IMG/VR virus record: IMGVR_UViG_3300008255_000098
From: a virus
Lineage: Duplodnaviria > Caudoviricetes
DNA length: 64,000 nt
Direction: 5' to 3' (one strand)
Under the pieces are notes generated by a model that was not told the DNA's origin, made no database searches, and saw nothing but the letters and a program-made list of their open reading frames with translations. Within the stretch, counting starts at the first letter, position 1. Each line of letters starts with the position of its first letter. Of this stretch, positions 7,147-17,031 are shown in pieces. The position numbers and the translations under genes are program-made.

Positions 7147-8053
7147 GTATAAAAAAATTGAGAATATCCTTGTTGTTTACAAAAAGAGTAGTCTCCAAGA
7201 AGCTATTGACCACAATAACAAAAAAATCTTAGACTTAGTAAAAGAGAATCACCCATCAGTAGCAGATTATGTAATGGCGGATGAAGCACACTCTTTATCC
7301 CGTAAAAATGTTAAAGATGCTCTGGACGCCAAATTTCATGTTGAATATCAATATGATGTTGTTGAAAACGAAGTAAATAATTATGATTTAGTAATAACTG
7401 TAGGAGGAGACGGAACATTTTTGTGGGCGTCAAAGTTTGTTAATTCTAAAGTACCAATGCTGGGAATTAATTCTTCCCCAACAACTAGCTTTGGCTTCTT
7501 TACTGCATACAAAGGCAGCGACAGAGATTCTCTTATGACCTTGGCTGTTGATTTAGAAAGGCTAGGAATCAAAAGCTTTTCTAAGAAAAAAGTTGAGGTT
7601 GATAGGTTGTCACTTTTTGTAAATGGAAAAATGCTTCAAGACCACATTTTGAATGAAGTTTTATTTGCCGCTGAACATCCAGCAGCAATGACAAAATATG
7701 AAATTGTTATTTCGGATGGTCAAACATCAACCGTAGAAGTTCGTGAACCGCAAAGCTCTAGTGGAGTCTGGATTTCAGCACCAGCAGGATCGACTGGCGC
7801 AAATTATAGTGCTGGAGGTCAAGTATTAAATTTATTTGATCGTCGTGGGCAATATATAGTTCGGGAACCAGCAGTGGGTGGGATGTGTTCCCTACACGGG
7901 TTTTTCTCACACGGCTCATCTATTAACTTTCTTTGCAAAACAAGAAAAGCGATTCTTGCATGTGACGGAACAAATATTACAATTCCAGTGACTATTGGAG
8001 ATTATATTTCTATTCAACATTCTAAAGAATCGCTTATTATTTTAGGGAAATAA
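7139..8053 (+). CDS. nadK: NAD kinase
   Basis: GGDGT motif, LNE motif, SSGVWISAPAGSTG.NYSAGG. Confidence 0.9.
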   Translation: MTRYKKIENILVVYKKSSLQEAIDHNNKKILDLVKENHPSVADYVMADEAHSLSRKNVKDALDAKFHVEYQYDVVENEVNNYDLVITVGGDGTFLWASKFVNSKVPMLGINSSPTTSFGFFTAYKGSDRDSLMTLAVDLERLGIKSFSKKKVEVDRLSLFVNGKMLQDHILNEVLFAAEHPAAMTKYEIVISDGQTSTVEVREPQSSSGVWISAPAGSTGANYSAGGQVLNLFDRRGQYIVREPAVGGMCSLHGFFSHGSSINFLCKTRKAILACDGTNITIPVTIGDYISIQHSKESLIILGK

Positions 8054-8331
8054 ATGAAATTTTGGAATAAAGATTTAATTATTGCCCAAAGAAATTGAGT
8101 TATAACCCAAAAGCTTTTCCTATAGATAAGAAATTTTTACGGGCTTAGAAGAAATAGAAGTTTTTGACAAAAAGCGTGTAGAACTCTTTTTGGGCGTAGA
8201 AAGGATTGAATTGTTATTAGTAAATTAATACAACCTTTGCGTATATACTTTTAACTAAAATAGGTTTAAAACCAATGGAAAATAGCTCATACTAATCAAG
8301 TAAACAAACTTTTAGATTACGAAGAAATATA

Positions 8332-8775
8332 ATGAATTTTGAAACTCCGAAATTAGCTGTTGATTGTATTGTAATAACCCCGAAGGGAGTCGTTCTTATA
8401 GAACGAAAGAATCCGCCTCATGGGTATGCAATTCCTGGCGGGTTTGTTGATGTTGGAGAAACTTTAGAAAATGCAGCTCGACGTGAAATGAAAGAAGAAT
8501 TAAACCTGGATGTAAAAATCCTTGGTAGATTAGGCATTTATGATGAGCCCATTCGTGATCCAAGGCAACATGTAATTTCTGTTGTTTATGTCGGGAAAAG
8601 CGAGTTATCTCCTGTGGCTGGCGATGATGCAAAAGAAGCATTTGAAATTCCTTTGAAAATTGTTGATGGAGAGCCAGTTTTCGATCGTAAATTTGCGTTT
8701 GATCACGAAACCATTCTTAGAGACTTTATTAAATCGGAATTTCTACAAGTTTATAGATTATATTACGGTAAATAA
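8332..8775 (+). CDS. Nudix hydrolase (ADP-ribose pyrophosphatase-like)
   Basis: PGGFVDVGETLENAARREMKEE Nudix box; RDPR and AFDH motifs. Confidence 0.93.
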   Translation: MNFETPKLAVDCIVITPKGVVLIERKNPPHGYAIPGGFVDVGETLENAARREMKEELNLDVKILGRLGIYDEPIRDPRQHVISVVYVGKSELSPVAGDDAKEAFEIPLKIVDGEPVFDRKFAFDHETILRDFIKSEFLQVYRLYYGK

Positions 8776-8776
8776 T

Positions 8777-9994
8777 ATGGAAAAAACATATACACGAAGA
8801 GGATGGATACGTTCTATCCGAAAGAGTAAGAAACTCAGTTTTATCAGTGCCACTGATGGACAGGATGAGTTTCAGCTTACTATTAAACATTTTGGAAAAG
8901 AAGACGATAGTAAAGTTTTTGGAGACTTTAAAGTAGGAGCTTCATTTGAAGCGTTTGGTAAAGATAGCTATACCCCACGTGGAGATTACGAATTTTCTGT
9001 AAAGGAAATTAAAATTGTTGGCGAAGCGGCTGACGATTTTGCTATTCAACCTAAAAAACATAGTGACGATTTTTTGCGAACTATTCCTGAAGAACGTGGC
9101 AGAACTGCTTTATATCAGGGAGTTTGGAGAATTAGGCATAAGGTTTCACAAGAGTTACATCGGTTTTTTACGAGCAAAGATTTTATACAATTCTGGACAC
9201 CTTGCATTACATCAGCGGATTGTGAGGGTGCAGGAGAAACATTTTCAGTAGAAACTGACTGGCTTAAAAGCCATCTAACGGTTTCTGGTCAACTGCATGG
9301 TGAAGTTGGTATGATGTCCTGTGGGAAGATTTATACTTTTGGGCCGTGTTTTCGTGCGGAGAAATCAACTGGTCGTCGTCATCTTGCAGAATTTTGGATG
9401 TTAGAACCAGAAATGGCTTTTTATTCTCTAAAAGAAACAATGGACCTTGTAGAAGACTTACTCAGCCATGTTTTTAGAGTCGCATCAAATGAATATGAAA
9501 AAGAATTTGAGAAAATGCGGGTTTCAATGGACCATATTACTGAAATGATATCTTTGCAAAAAGCGTGGCTCCGCATGACATATGAAGAAGTTTGTGATAA
9601 ATACGGGCTTGTTTGGGGCACGGATATTAATGCTGAGTTGGAGCGCAAGCTAACAGAAGATTTAAAATCACCAGTATTTATCACTCATTGGCCAAGGGAA
9701 ATGAAACCTTTTTACATGAAAAATGACGGAATCGTAGCAGAGTGTTTTGACCTCATTTTCCCAGAGGTCGGAGAACTCATAGGGGGCTCTGTACGTGAAG
9801 AAAATTTTGAGAAACTTAAAAAATCAGTAGTTGATTCTGGAATAGATGCACAATCAATGGATTGGTATCTTAAAACTAGAAAACACGGAACAGTGCCACA
9901 TGCAGGTTTTGGATTGGGTTTTGAGAGACTTATAATGTATATTTGTAAGTTAGAAAAGATTCAAGATACGATTCCATTTCCAGTTAGTTATTAG
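8777..9994 (+). CDS. asnS: asparaginyl-tRNA synthetase
   Basis: OB fold; LTVSGQLHGE; FRAEKS..RRHLAEFWMLEPE; PHAGFGLGFER. Confidence 0.95.
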   Translation: MEKTYTRRGWIRSIRKSKKLSFISATDGQDEFQLTIKHFGKEDDSKVFGDFKVGASFEAFGKDSYTPRGDYEFSVKEIKIVGEAADDFAIQPKKHSDDFLRTIPEERGRTALYQGVWRIRHKVSQELHRFFTSKDFIQFWTPCITSADCEGAGETFSVETDWLKSHLTVSGQLHGEVGMMSCGKIYTFGPCFRAEKSTGRRHLAEFWMLEPEMAFYSLKETMDLVEDLLSHVFRVASNEYEKEFEKMRVSMDHITEMISLQKAWLRMTYEEVCDKYGLVWGTDINAELERKLTEDLKSPVFITHWPREMKPFYMKNDGIVAECFDLIFPEVGELIGGSVREENFEKLKKSVVDSGIDAQSMDWYLKTRKHGTVPHAGFGLGFERLIMYICKLEKIQDTIPFPVSY

Positions 9995-10011
9995 AGCAAT
10001 TATGAGGAAAA

Positions 10012-10300
10012 ATGGGTTGGGCTACAGTATATGTTGAAAAATTGTTTTCTGGAGAATGTGTTGATTTTCGTCTACTAGGAAATTCAACGCAACCAATTAT
10101 TAAATCTGGGGAACACGTTTTTGTAGAACCAATTACAGAAAATACCGAACTGTCTATTAAAGACGTTGTTTTGTGTAAGGTTAGTGATAAACAATATTTG
10201 CATTTGGTTACAATAATTTGAGGAACAGATATCAAAATATCAAATTTCAAATAATATCGGAAAGGATGCCGTGCTTCTAACATATTGGCAAAGAAAGAAA
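10012..10300 (+). pseudogene. frameshifted S24/S26 peptidase-like gene
   Basis: GNSTQP...VLCKV..YLHLV; the expected KYQISNNIG continues in the +1 frame at 10235. Confidence 0.6.
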
Positions 10301-10337
10301 TGTTTAAGCAGATTCCAAAGAAATTCACATATAAAAT

Positions 10338-11129
10338 ATGCAAACTTTTGATTTAATAAAAATGAAACAGTCGTGTGCTTTGGCTGCTGAGACGTTATTG
10401 TTTGTTGGAGATATTATCAACGAAGGGATGTCTACAGGGGATATAGATATTTTAGTGCATGAATTTATTCTTGGGGCATTTGCTTATCCCTCCCCACTTC
10501 ACTATCAAGGGTTTCCAAGATCAATTTGTACAAGTAGAAATAATGTAATGTGCCATGGAATTCCAAATAAAAATGAAATATTGGAAAATGGCGATATAAT
10601 CAACATAGATATAACTACATTTTTTCCAACCCAAGATGGTTTTCACGGAGACACTAGTGCTACATTTTATATTGGAACCCCTTCAGAGGAAGCACAGCGT
10701 ATAACAAGAACTGCTCGTGAGTGTTTAGATTTAGGAATTGCAGTGGTGAAGCCAGGAGTTTATTTTGGAGACATAGGGGATAAAATTGTTTCGCATGCTT
10801 TACAAAATAAATGTTCTATAGCACCCGAGTTTGTTGGACACGGTATTGGTAAAGAATTCCACACTAACCCATATATTGACCATTGTGGGAAAAAAAACAC
10901 AGGAAAAATTATCGAGGAAGGAATGATTTTTACGATTGAGCCAATTTTAAATCTTGGTACTTCTGAACATATAATTTTAGAAGATGGATGGACTGTAATA
11001 ACAAAAGATGGTAGTTTAAGTGCGCAATTTGAACATACAATTTTAGTAGTCGAAAATGGTTGTGAAATCTTGACAGAAAGAAATAGACCACTTAAAAACT
11101 CATTAGAAACTATTAGTAATAAAATTTAA
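10338..11129 (+). CDS. map: methionine aminopeptidase
   Basis: CHGIP, GDIINID, HGDTS, GHGIG..FH, FTIEP, SAQFEHT. Confidence 0.96.
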   Translation: MQTFDLIKMKQSCALAAETLLFVGDIINEGMSTGDIDILVHEFILGAFAYPSPLHYQGFPRSICTSRNNVMCHGIPNKNEILENGDIINIDITTFFPTQDGFHGDTSATFYIGTPSEEAQRITRTARECLDLGIAVVKPGVYFGDIGDKIVSHALQNKCSIAPEFVGHGIGKEFHTNPYIDHCGKKNTGKIIEEGMIFTIEPILNLGTSEHIILEDGWTVITKDGSLSAQFEHTILVVENGCEILTERNRPLKNSLETISNKI

Positions 11130-11140
11130 GGAATTGTAAT

Positions 11141-11476
11141 TTGATTTTTACCGATAAAAATAAAAAATTTGGTAGTTGTAAGTTATGTCTTCGTGGAGAA
11201 GTTAAACTAACTTCACACCATCTAATTCCACGTACTTTACACTCAAATAAATGGTTCAAAAAAAATTACGAGCCAAATAAGCTATTGATGACAGTGCCAC
11301 TATGTGAAGATTGTCATAGAATGGTTCACAACACATTGTCCGAAAAAGACCTAGGAAAAAATTTTAATACTTTAGAATTGCTTTTATCACACCCTAAAGT
11401 ATATAACTTTATTAGGTGGGTCCGCAGACAAAAGAAATCAAAAATTAATAATTTCAAACAGGAAAAAAATAAATGA
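11141..11476 (+). CDS. HNH endonuclease-like protein
   Basis: CxxC...HHLIP...CEDCHRMVH. Confidence 0.8.
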   Translation: MIFTDKNKKFGSCKLCLRGEVKLTSHHLIPRTLHSNKWFKKNYEPNKLLMTVPLCEDCHRMVHNTLSEKDLGKNFNTLELLLSHPKVYNFIRWVRRQKKSKINNFKQEKNK

Positions 11477-11928
11477 TTGATCAGTTTAAAGATGATTTTA
11501 GATTTTTGTCTAATTTTTTTGATAGTCCATTCACACATAATGGAATTGTATTTCCTACTAATGAACATTTTTACCAAGCAATGAAAACTTTGAATATTGC
11601 TACTAGGAAGAAAATTGCGGCCCTGGACAGTCCAGAAAAAGCAAAGAAGTATGGCAGAACGCTTGTCCTGCGTCTTGGCTGGGAGGAAAATAAAATTCGT
11701 GTTATGCGCAAGGGGTTGGAACTTAAATTTATCACGGGTAGTCTTTTAGCCGAGATGTTACTCGCAACATTTCCAGAAGAACTTTTTGAAGGAAATTATT
11801 GGGGTGATACATTTTGGGGAGTTGATTTAAAAAATAACAACGTGGGAGAAAATTGGCTCGGTAAATTACTTATGGAAAGAAGAGATTGGCTTTTAAATAA
11901 AAAAACTGAAGAGGGAAAGCATGAGTAA
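11473..11928 (+). CDS. NADAR (YbiA-like) family protein
   Basis: FLSNFF, EHFYQAMK, AKKYGR, WGDTFWGV, GENWLGKLLMERR. Confidence 0.93.
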   Translation: MIDQFKDDFRFLSNFFDSPFTHNGIVFPTNEHFYQAMKTLNIATRKKIAALDSPEKAKKYGRTLVLRLGWEENKIRVMRKGLELKFITGSLLAEMLLATFPEELFEGNYWGDTFWGVDLKNNNVGENWLGKLLMERRDWLLNKKTEEGKHE

Positions 11929-12178
11929 AAGAAAAATTGAAAAATGTCCGCTATGTGGTTTTAGTGATATCTATGTCGGGGCAACAGCCGTGGAGTGTGG
12001 ATACACTAATAAATGCAAAAACTGGACACAAAAGCAGGCTAACGTTGTGAAAGAATTATTCAAAAAACAAGAAGCTGCGGCAGAAATACACAAAAACAAT
12101 AATTTAGGTTGGGATGAAGATGAAGAAACAACTTCCCCAAGTGGCGGCTTTTATTTGTATGACGGATTTTCAGATTAA
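11921..12178 (+). CDS. hypothetical zinc-ribbon protein
   Basis: CPLC...C....C. Confidence 0.7.
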   Translation: MSKRKIEKCPLCGFSDIYVGATAVECGYTNKCKNWTQKQANVVKELFKKQEAAAEIHKNNNLGWDEDEETTSPSGGFYLYDGFSD

Positions 12179-12412
12179 ATGGTAACAACAGAACAGGATA
12201 TCAAATTTATTTGGGATACTTGGGGAGATACTAAGCCCTGGTATTGCCCTAAGTGTGATTCTTTGTTGGCCCCGGATGTATACTCCTCTTGTGACGGTAC
12301 CGATGAAGAAATACCAAAAAATCTTTGGAAGCCACACGAAAATGTTTTCATGGAAAGCTCTGTTACATTTGAGCAGTTTTCTGAAATTACAAAACGACAA
12401 AACGACTTGTAA
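12179..12412 (+). CDS. hypothetical protein
   Basis: ORF abutting the previous stop; CPKC motif. Confidence 0.65.
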   Translation: MVTTEQDIKFIWDTWGDTKPWYCPKCDSLLAPDVYSSCDGTDEEIPKNLWKPHENVFMESSVTFEQFSEITKRQNDL

Positions 12413-12442
12413 AAAAATGTTTACCTAAGCATAATTACACCC

Positions 12443-12799
12443 ATGTACAAGTATACAGCAACAGTAGTTAAAATTATAGATGGCGACACACTAGATTTAT
12501 TAATTGATTGTGGTTTTGGGATTTCAAAAAAAATTCGGGTGAGATTATTTGGTATTAATGCACCAGAAGTTTTTGGCATTAAGCACGATTCAGAAGAACA
12601 CAAAAAGGGAATTGAGTCCACAAAATTCGTAGAAGATTGGCTTAAAGGTTGCGGGGATGAAATAATTGTTCTTACCCACAAAGATAAAAAAGGGAAATTT
12701 GGAAGATATTTAGCTGAAATAATCAACCCTAAAACACTTGCTGTCTTAAATGAAGAAATAGTAATTAATGGATTTGCCGAAAGTAAAATTTACGATTAA
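12443..12799 (+). CDS. thermonuclease (SNase-like)
   Basis: IIDGDT, RVRLFGINAPE, GKFGRYLA. Confidence 0.92.
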   Translation: MYKYTATVVKIIDGDTLDLLIDCGFGISKKIRVRLFGINAPEVFGIKHDSEEHKKGIESTKFVEDWLKGCGDEIIVLTHKDKKGKFGRYLAEIINPKTLAVLNEEIVINGFAESKIYD

Positions 12800-12851
12800 A
12801 AATATACAGAAATTGTTTTATGGCACACCCTCAATATGAATAGGAATTATT

Positions 12852-13298
12852 ATGCGTAAAATATTTTATCTCTTTTTGTTAGTTGGTTTGTTAGTATCTG
12901 GTTGTGCAAAATATGCTACTAATCAAAGACTTTCCACTAGTTTGTCAGCTACCACTCAACAGTTGAATGCTTACAGAACAGAATCGAGTGAAACTTCTTT
13001 GGCAATTTATCAGTGTGTTCTCACCCAAGAATATTCTTTAGAAGCTGAGAGAATGTGTGAGCAGTCTGAAGGACATTTTTCACATATGTGTGCTATTAGT
13101 GATACTTGGGAATCATATTGTATGAATACCGAAGAAACTTCTAACGGCGAGGTATTAACAAATCCAAGAATCGGAGTTATTCTCGCCTTGAGAAATGTTA
13201 TTTCAAATATAAGAGAAAACTATCTTAGGAATACACAAATTGAGGGCAGGGAAACGATAGTAAACGTGGAAAATGATTTTGTTAGAACTCCTGAATAA
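12852..13298 (+). CDS. putative lipoprotein
   Basis: Signal peptide with lipobox LVSG-C. Confidence 0.7.
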   Translation: MRKIFYLFLLVGLLVSGCAKYATNQRLSTSLSATTQQLNAYRTESSETSLAIYQCVLTQEYSLEAERMCEQSEGHFSHMCAISDTWESYCMNTEETSNGEVLTNPRIGVILALRNVISNIRENYLRNTQIEGRETIVNVENDFVRTPE

Positions 13299-13435
13299 AA
13301 TAAAATAAAGCTTTAAAGTTTCTATTTTAAATAAACTTTTGAAGTTTATATCTCAAACAAACTGTTTTATCACTATAGAAGCAACAAGACACAATTAGCA
13401 ATTTATTTATTGTATTTGTAGTATTTGGTGTTATA

Positions 13436-13915
13436 GTGATACACATGCGGAAAACTACTAAACATTTTTGGATAGAACAGTTACGAGATCTAGAAAGATA
13501 TTGCAACGAAAAAGGCTATAGAGTAGTGGTTAAATCTACCGGGATAGAAACGATAGATTTTGCCAATAAACTTATAACCCTAAACAGCAAAAAAAATGAT
13601 GAAACTACTTTTTATCTTTTGTTGCACGAAATGGGACATGCCCGTTTGATGAACAACAATGAAAAATATAAAAAAACATGTGGATATGTTTTTGAAAATT
13701 TTTGTAAGAGTAGTCTCACACACGCAATTGCAATTTTAGAAGAAGAACTAGACGCTTGGAAAGAAGGACTTGTCTTAGCAAAAACAATTAATTTTTATGT
13801 AGACCGTAGAAAGTGGGAGGCAATTAAAACTAAATGTATCTCCTCTTATGTGGCCTGGGTAGATAGTAAAAAGCAAGTTTCTAAAAAACAGGAAAATAAG
13901 AAAGATAATAAATGA
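13436..13915 (+). CDS. HExxH zinc metallopeptidase (ImmA/IrrE-like)
   Basis: LLHEMGH and EEELDAW. Confidence 0.7.
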   Translation: MIHMRKTTKHFWIEQLRDLERYCNEKGYRVVVKSTGIETIDFANKLITLNSKKNDETTFYLLLHEMGHARLMNNNEKYKKTCGYVFENFCKSSLTHAIAILEEELDAWKEGLVLAKTINFYVDRRKWEAIKTKCISSYVAWVDSKKQVSKKQENKKDNK

Positions 13916-14664
13916 AAAAGAATATTAATTTGGTGGAAAAATCCAGACCTAAAAGTAAAGCACATTTAAAGGATGAAGAATTATTTTATAAATATGCCAT
14001 TACTAAAGATGGAAATTTGCGGAACACTTTGGTTCGTAATAATCAAGCACTTGTTACGTATATAGTAAATAAATACTATTCCAACAGGAACGAATATCGA
14101 AAATATCGAGAAGATATCTTACAAGAAGGCACGCTCGGGCTAATGTCGGCGATTGATAGATACAAAGTAGAGTTAGGATACAAGTTTTCAACCTATGCTA
14201 CTTGTTGGATCAGACAAGCAGTGAATAATTATCTTATCAATGTTGAGCCGTTAATCCATGTTCCTAGTCACATAAGGACACAACACAATAAAATTGTCAA
14301 ACAACTCAAAGAAGAAAATAAAACACTCCAAGCTCTTATCGCTGAAGGAAATAAGTCTGTAGAAATTAACGGAGAAAAAGTGAGTAAAAAGATGATGTGG
14401 TCGGTACAAAGTGCAATATGTACACATTATATTTCTTCAATAGACAAGCCCATAAACTCGAAAAACAGTGACGGGACTTCAGGCACTCTCAAGGACATTA
14501 TTCCAGAACATAAACCAAGTTTGGATGTTATTTTTGATAGTATCAAGATGGTAGAAGTTATTAAAAATGGACTTGAAGCTTTGAATGATAGGGAGCGTAA
14601 TATCTTACTACTGCGTTTTGATATAATTAATGAAAAAGATGTTTTAAGCGCAGAAACTAAATGA
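13912..14664 (+). CDS. RNA polymerase sigma-70 family factor
   Basis: DILQEGTLGLMSAIDRY, GYKFSTYATCWIRQAV, LNDRERNILLLRF. Confidence 0.93.
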   Translation: MKKNINLVEKSRPKSKAHLKDEELFYKYAITKDGNLRNTLVRNNQALVTYIVNKYYSNRNEYRKYREDILQEGTLGLMSAIDRYKVELGYKFSTYATCWIRQAVNNYLINVEPLIHVPSHIRTQHNKIVKQLKEENKTLQALIAEGNKSVEINGEKVSKKMMWSVQSAICTHYISSIDKPINSKNSDGTSGTLKDIIPEHKPSLDVIFDSIKMVEVIKNGLEALNDRERNILLLRFDIINEKDVLSAETK

Positions 14665-14702
14665 ATTAGAAAAAATAAGAGAATTCAATAGAGGAAATAC
14701 AA

Positions 14703-14975
14703 ATGATTAAAAAAAAATATGTGACAATTGCTGAAGGTACAGATTTTCGTACAATTGCAAAAATTATGACGACAAAAGGGTATGTAATGAATCACGCAAC
14801 CGCAAGGAACGTTTTGATTTCTGCGATCAAAAAAATACTAGCTCACTCTGCAAATGAGTTTGGAGTTAAAATTAGTCCTGAAATGTTGAGTAAACTAGTT
14901 AAAGATCAAAGGCTTCATGGAGCTTTAGCGGACGTACTTTATAGAGTACAAAATCAACAAAAGGAAAACAAATGA
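14703..14975 (+). CDS. hypothetical HTH-like protein
   Basis: DFRTIAKIMT.KGYVMNHATARN resembles a helix-turn-helix; may be a detached sigma region-4-like part. Confidence 0.6.
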   Translation: MIKKKYVTIAEGTDFRTIAKIMTTKGYVMNHATARNVLISAIKKILAHSANEFGVKISPEMLSKLVKDQRLHGALADVLYRVQNQQKENK

Positions 14976-15370
14976 CAATCGAAGTTAAAAAACCAGATCT
15001 TCTTGCGGTAATAAACCGACGTGGCCGTACTTTAGAAGAATTTTTGGCAGAACTTGGGGTTTCTGACAGAAAAACTCTTGATAGAAAAATATCCTTATTA
15101 AAATCTCACTATACTGTAAGTGATACTTTTATAAAACAAGCTTATTTATTAGTTCCGAGTAAGCCAGTTGTAAAAATTGTAGAAGAGCCAGTGAAAATAG
15201 AAGCAGTAGCAGCGGGGGTGACTTCGGGGGTGACTTCGGGGGTGACTTCGGGGGTGACTTCGGGGGTGACTTCGGGGGTAGAAGACAAAAGTCAAAAAAT
15301 CGAAGAACCTACCCGAACAAAAGAACGAAAAGTTGTTAGACAAAAAAAGTCTTCTAACAAAAAACAGTAG
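14972..15370 (+). CDS. hypothetical protein with (GVTS)n repeat
   Basis: ORF with in-frame tandem repeat. Confidence 0.75.
   Translation: MTIEVKKPDLLAVINRRGRTLEEFLAELGVSDRKTLDRKISLLKSHYTVSDTFIKQAYLLVPSKPVVKIVEEPVKIEAVAAGVTSGVTSGVTSGVTSGVTSGVEDKSQKIEEPTRTKERKVVRQKKSSNKKQ
15213..15279 (+). repeat. 12-bp tandem repeat CGGGGGTGACTT x5.6
   Basis: Seen directly; encodes GVTS. Confidence 0.97.
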
Positions 15371-15387
15371 ATAGATTAGATTAAATC

Positions 15388-15416
15388 TTTAAAAGTGCGG
15401 ACAAGTATGGTAAAAT
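15388..15416 (+). promoter_or_regulatory. sigma70-like promoter
   Basis: TTTAAA-17 nt-TAAAAT directly upstream of 15423. Confidence 0.5.
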
Positions 15417-15422
15417 GTTTAA

Positions 15423-15875
15423 ATGGACAAACAAAATAAAAATCTAAGATTTACCGAAGGTAAGCTTGTGATGTATTCAAAAAAAAATACTCGTTCGGGA
15501 CTTATCAAATATTTCTTACCAACAACAAATAAAAATAAATCTATATATAGTTATTTGCAGCGTGTAACAGGAACGGCACATAGATATGTTGAAACATATG
15601 TTGATAACATGAAACGAGGAGTTCCGTTTTTGTTGATCGAAGACCCAAAATTAGTCAGCACGAAAGAAAAATATTTTTTATATCAAGGTACAAATTCAGA
15701 CGCAAATAGTCGAGCTAAAGGACAAATGTTTTGGAGAATTAAATTTTTATACAAAGAACAAATTTATGTGTCTTATTTAACTAGAAAGCAATATTCACAA
15801 GAGTTGGTTATTGCAGTTCTAGCTAGACTAAATAAGGACTATTCAATTGGAGGAAAAAACAAAACTATCTTTTAA
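15423..15875 (+). CDS. hypothetical protein
   Basis: ORF in overlapping gene run. Confidence 0.7.
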   Translation: MDKQNKNLRFTEGKLVMYSKKNTRSGLIKYFLPTTNKNKSIYSYLQRVTGTAHRYVETYVDNMKRGVPFLLIEDPKLVSTKEKYFLYQGTNSDANSRAKGQMFWRIKFLYKEQIYVSYLTRKQYSQELVIAVLARLNKDYSIGGKNKTIF

Positions 15876-16353
15876 AAAAGTTAAAGATCTTGGCAGGGTA
15901 TGTGTCTTTCTAAGCGCAGAAACACTAAAAATAGCAGGAAATATAGCAGCTGCGCCATTAGCAGACCGTAAAAAAACTATGATTTTTCCGCTAAATTTAG
16001 CGGCTAAAGCATACCAAGCAGTTAGTGACGGGTGGAATGCTTCTGTATGTAAACATATAAATTTACAGTTGGCCTCTTCAGGTATTCACCCAGGCACAAT
16101 TATTATTTCGCAAAAATCTATTATTGGTGTTCCAAACTCGTCTCTTTTACTTAGAGATAGAAAATATATTCTCATTCCAGAAAATGAATATATTATGTTT
16201 TTGAATGTTGAACATAGCCAAATTAGTGATAATTTTTTGATTAAAGTGTTGTGGGGAACAAGAATCTTATTTATAAATTCACAAAAAGGAATTGAAACTT
16301 TTGAAGAAATATTTTCTTTAGCTTACGATGGAAAAACAAGAAACAAATTTTGA
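15847..16353 (+). CDS. hypothetical protein (small beta-rich family)
   Basis: ORF; KVLWGTRILF C-terminal motif. Confidence 0.65.
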   Translation: MEEKTKLSFKKVKDLGRVCVFLSAETLKIAGNIAAAPLADRKKTMIFPLNLAAKAYQAVSDGWNASVCKHINLQLASSGIHPGTIIISQKSIIGVPNSSLLLRDRKYILIPENEYIMFLNVEHSQISDNFLIKVLWGTRILFINSQKGIETFEEIFSLAYDGKTRNKF

Positions 16354-16663
16354 TAAATTTATTATAGACAATTTTGGACTTTTATTTTTAAAAGTCGGGA
16401 TAGTTCCGGGAAGTATTTTAGTATGTGAAAAGCCAACAGTAATTTTATATAATTATGAAAATAAAATTAATGAAATAAACTTATTAGAAAAAGACACGTT
16501 AGTTTTCTTAGGAACATTTGATAATTTTATTAGAAATAATATGTTTTTTTGGAGTGACGCTACTTTTTTAGGAATGATACATGGTAAATTTTACAATATT
16601 TTAATTTCAGATTTTCGGGCAAGAATTTTTAGAAATTTTGTTGTTTGGAAACAAGATAAATGA
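16328..16663 (+). CDS. hypothetical protein
   Basis: ORF; GIVPGSI motif like neighbours. Confidence 0.7.
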   Translation: MEKQETNFDKFIIDNFGLLFLKVGIVPGSILVCEKPTVILYNYENKINEINLLEKDTLVFLGTFDNFIRNNMFFWSDATFLGMIHGKFYNILISDFRARIFRNFVVWKQDK

Positions 16664-17031
16664 TTAAATACAAAAGTAAAATAATTTGTTTAACAACTCT
16701 TGCTACATTAAAACACGCCTATGGAATAGTGCCAGGAAATATTTTCTCTATTAGTGAAACCATCGAGTGCCATGAAATATGTGAAAAAATAAGCAAAGAC
16801 CATATTCTAGAAACAGAAACTACGAAATTTATGGACAGAGTAGACGAAATACTTACAGCAGGCAAGTATATGATATTTTTAGATATTGTTTTTGATCCAA
16901 TCACTCATGAACATTTATTTTTGTTTTTACACCCAAATGGAATATATGGAAAAATTTGGAAGAAAAACCATTCGATCAGACATTTAAAAGACTGGTTAAC
17001 ATGGGGAAAAGAAGAGAATAATGCCAGATAA
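16660..17031 (+). CDS. hypothetical protein
   Basis: ORF; GIVPGNI motif like neighbours. Confidence 0.7.
   Translation: MIKYKSKIICLTTLATLKHAYGIVPGNIFSISETIECHEICEKISKDHILETETTKFMDRVDEILTAGKYMIFLDIVFDPITHEHLFLFLHPNGIYGKIWKKNHSIRHLKDWLTWGKEENNAR

Noticed and set aside
10012-10300. In-frame TGA and TAA in the S24-like gene as evidence of stop-codon recoding
   Set aside because: The expected continuation (KYQISNNIG) is in the +1 frame, so this is a frameshifted pseudogene; conserved genes end normally at TAA, TAG and TGA.
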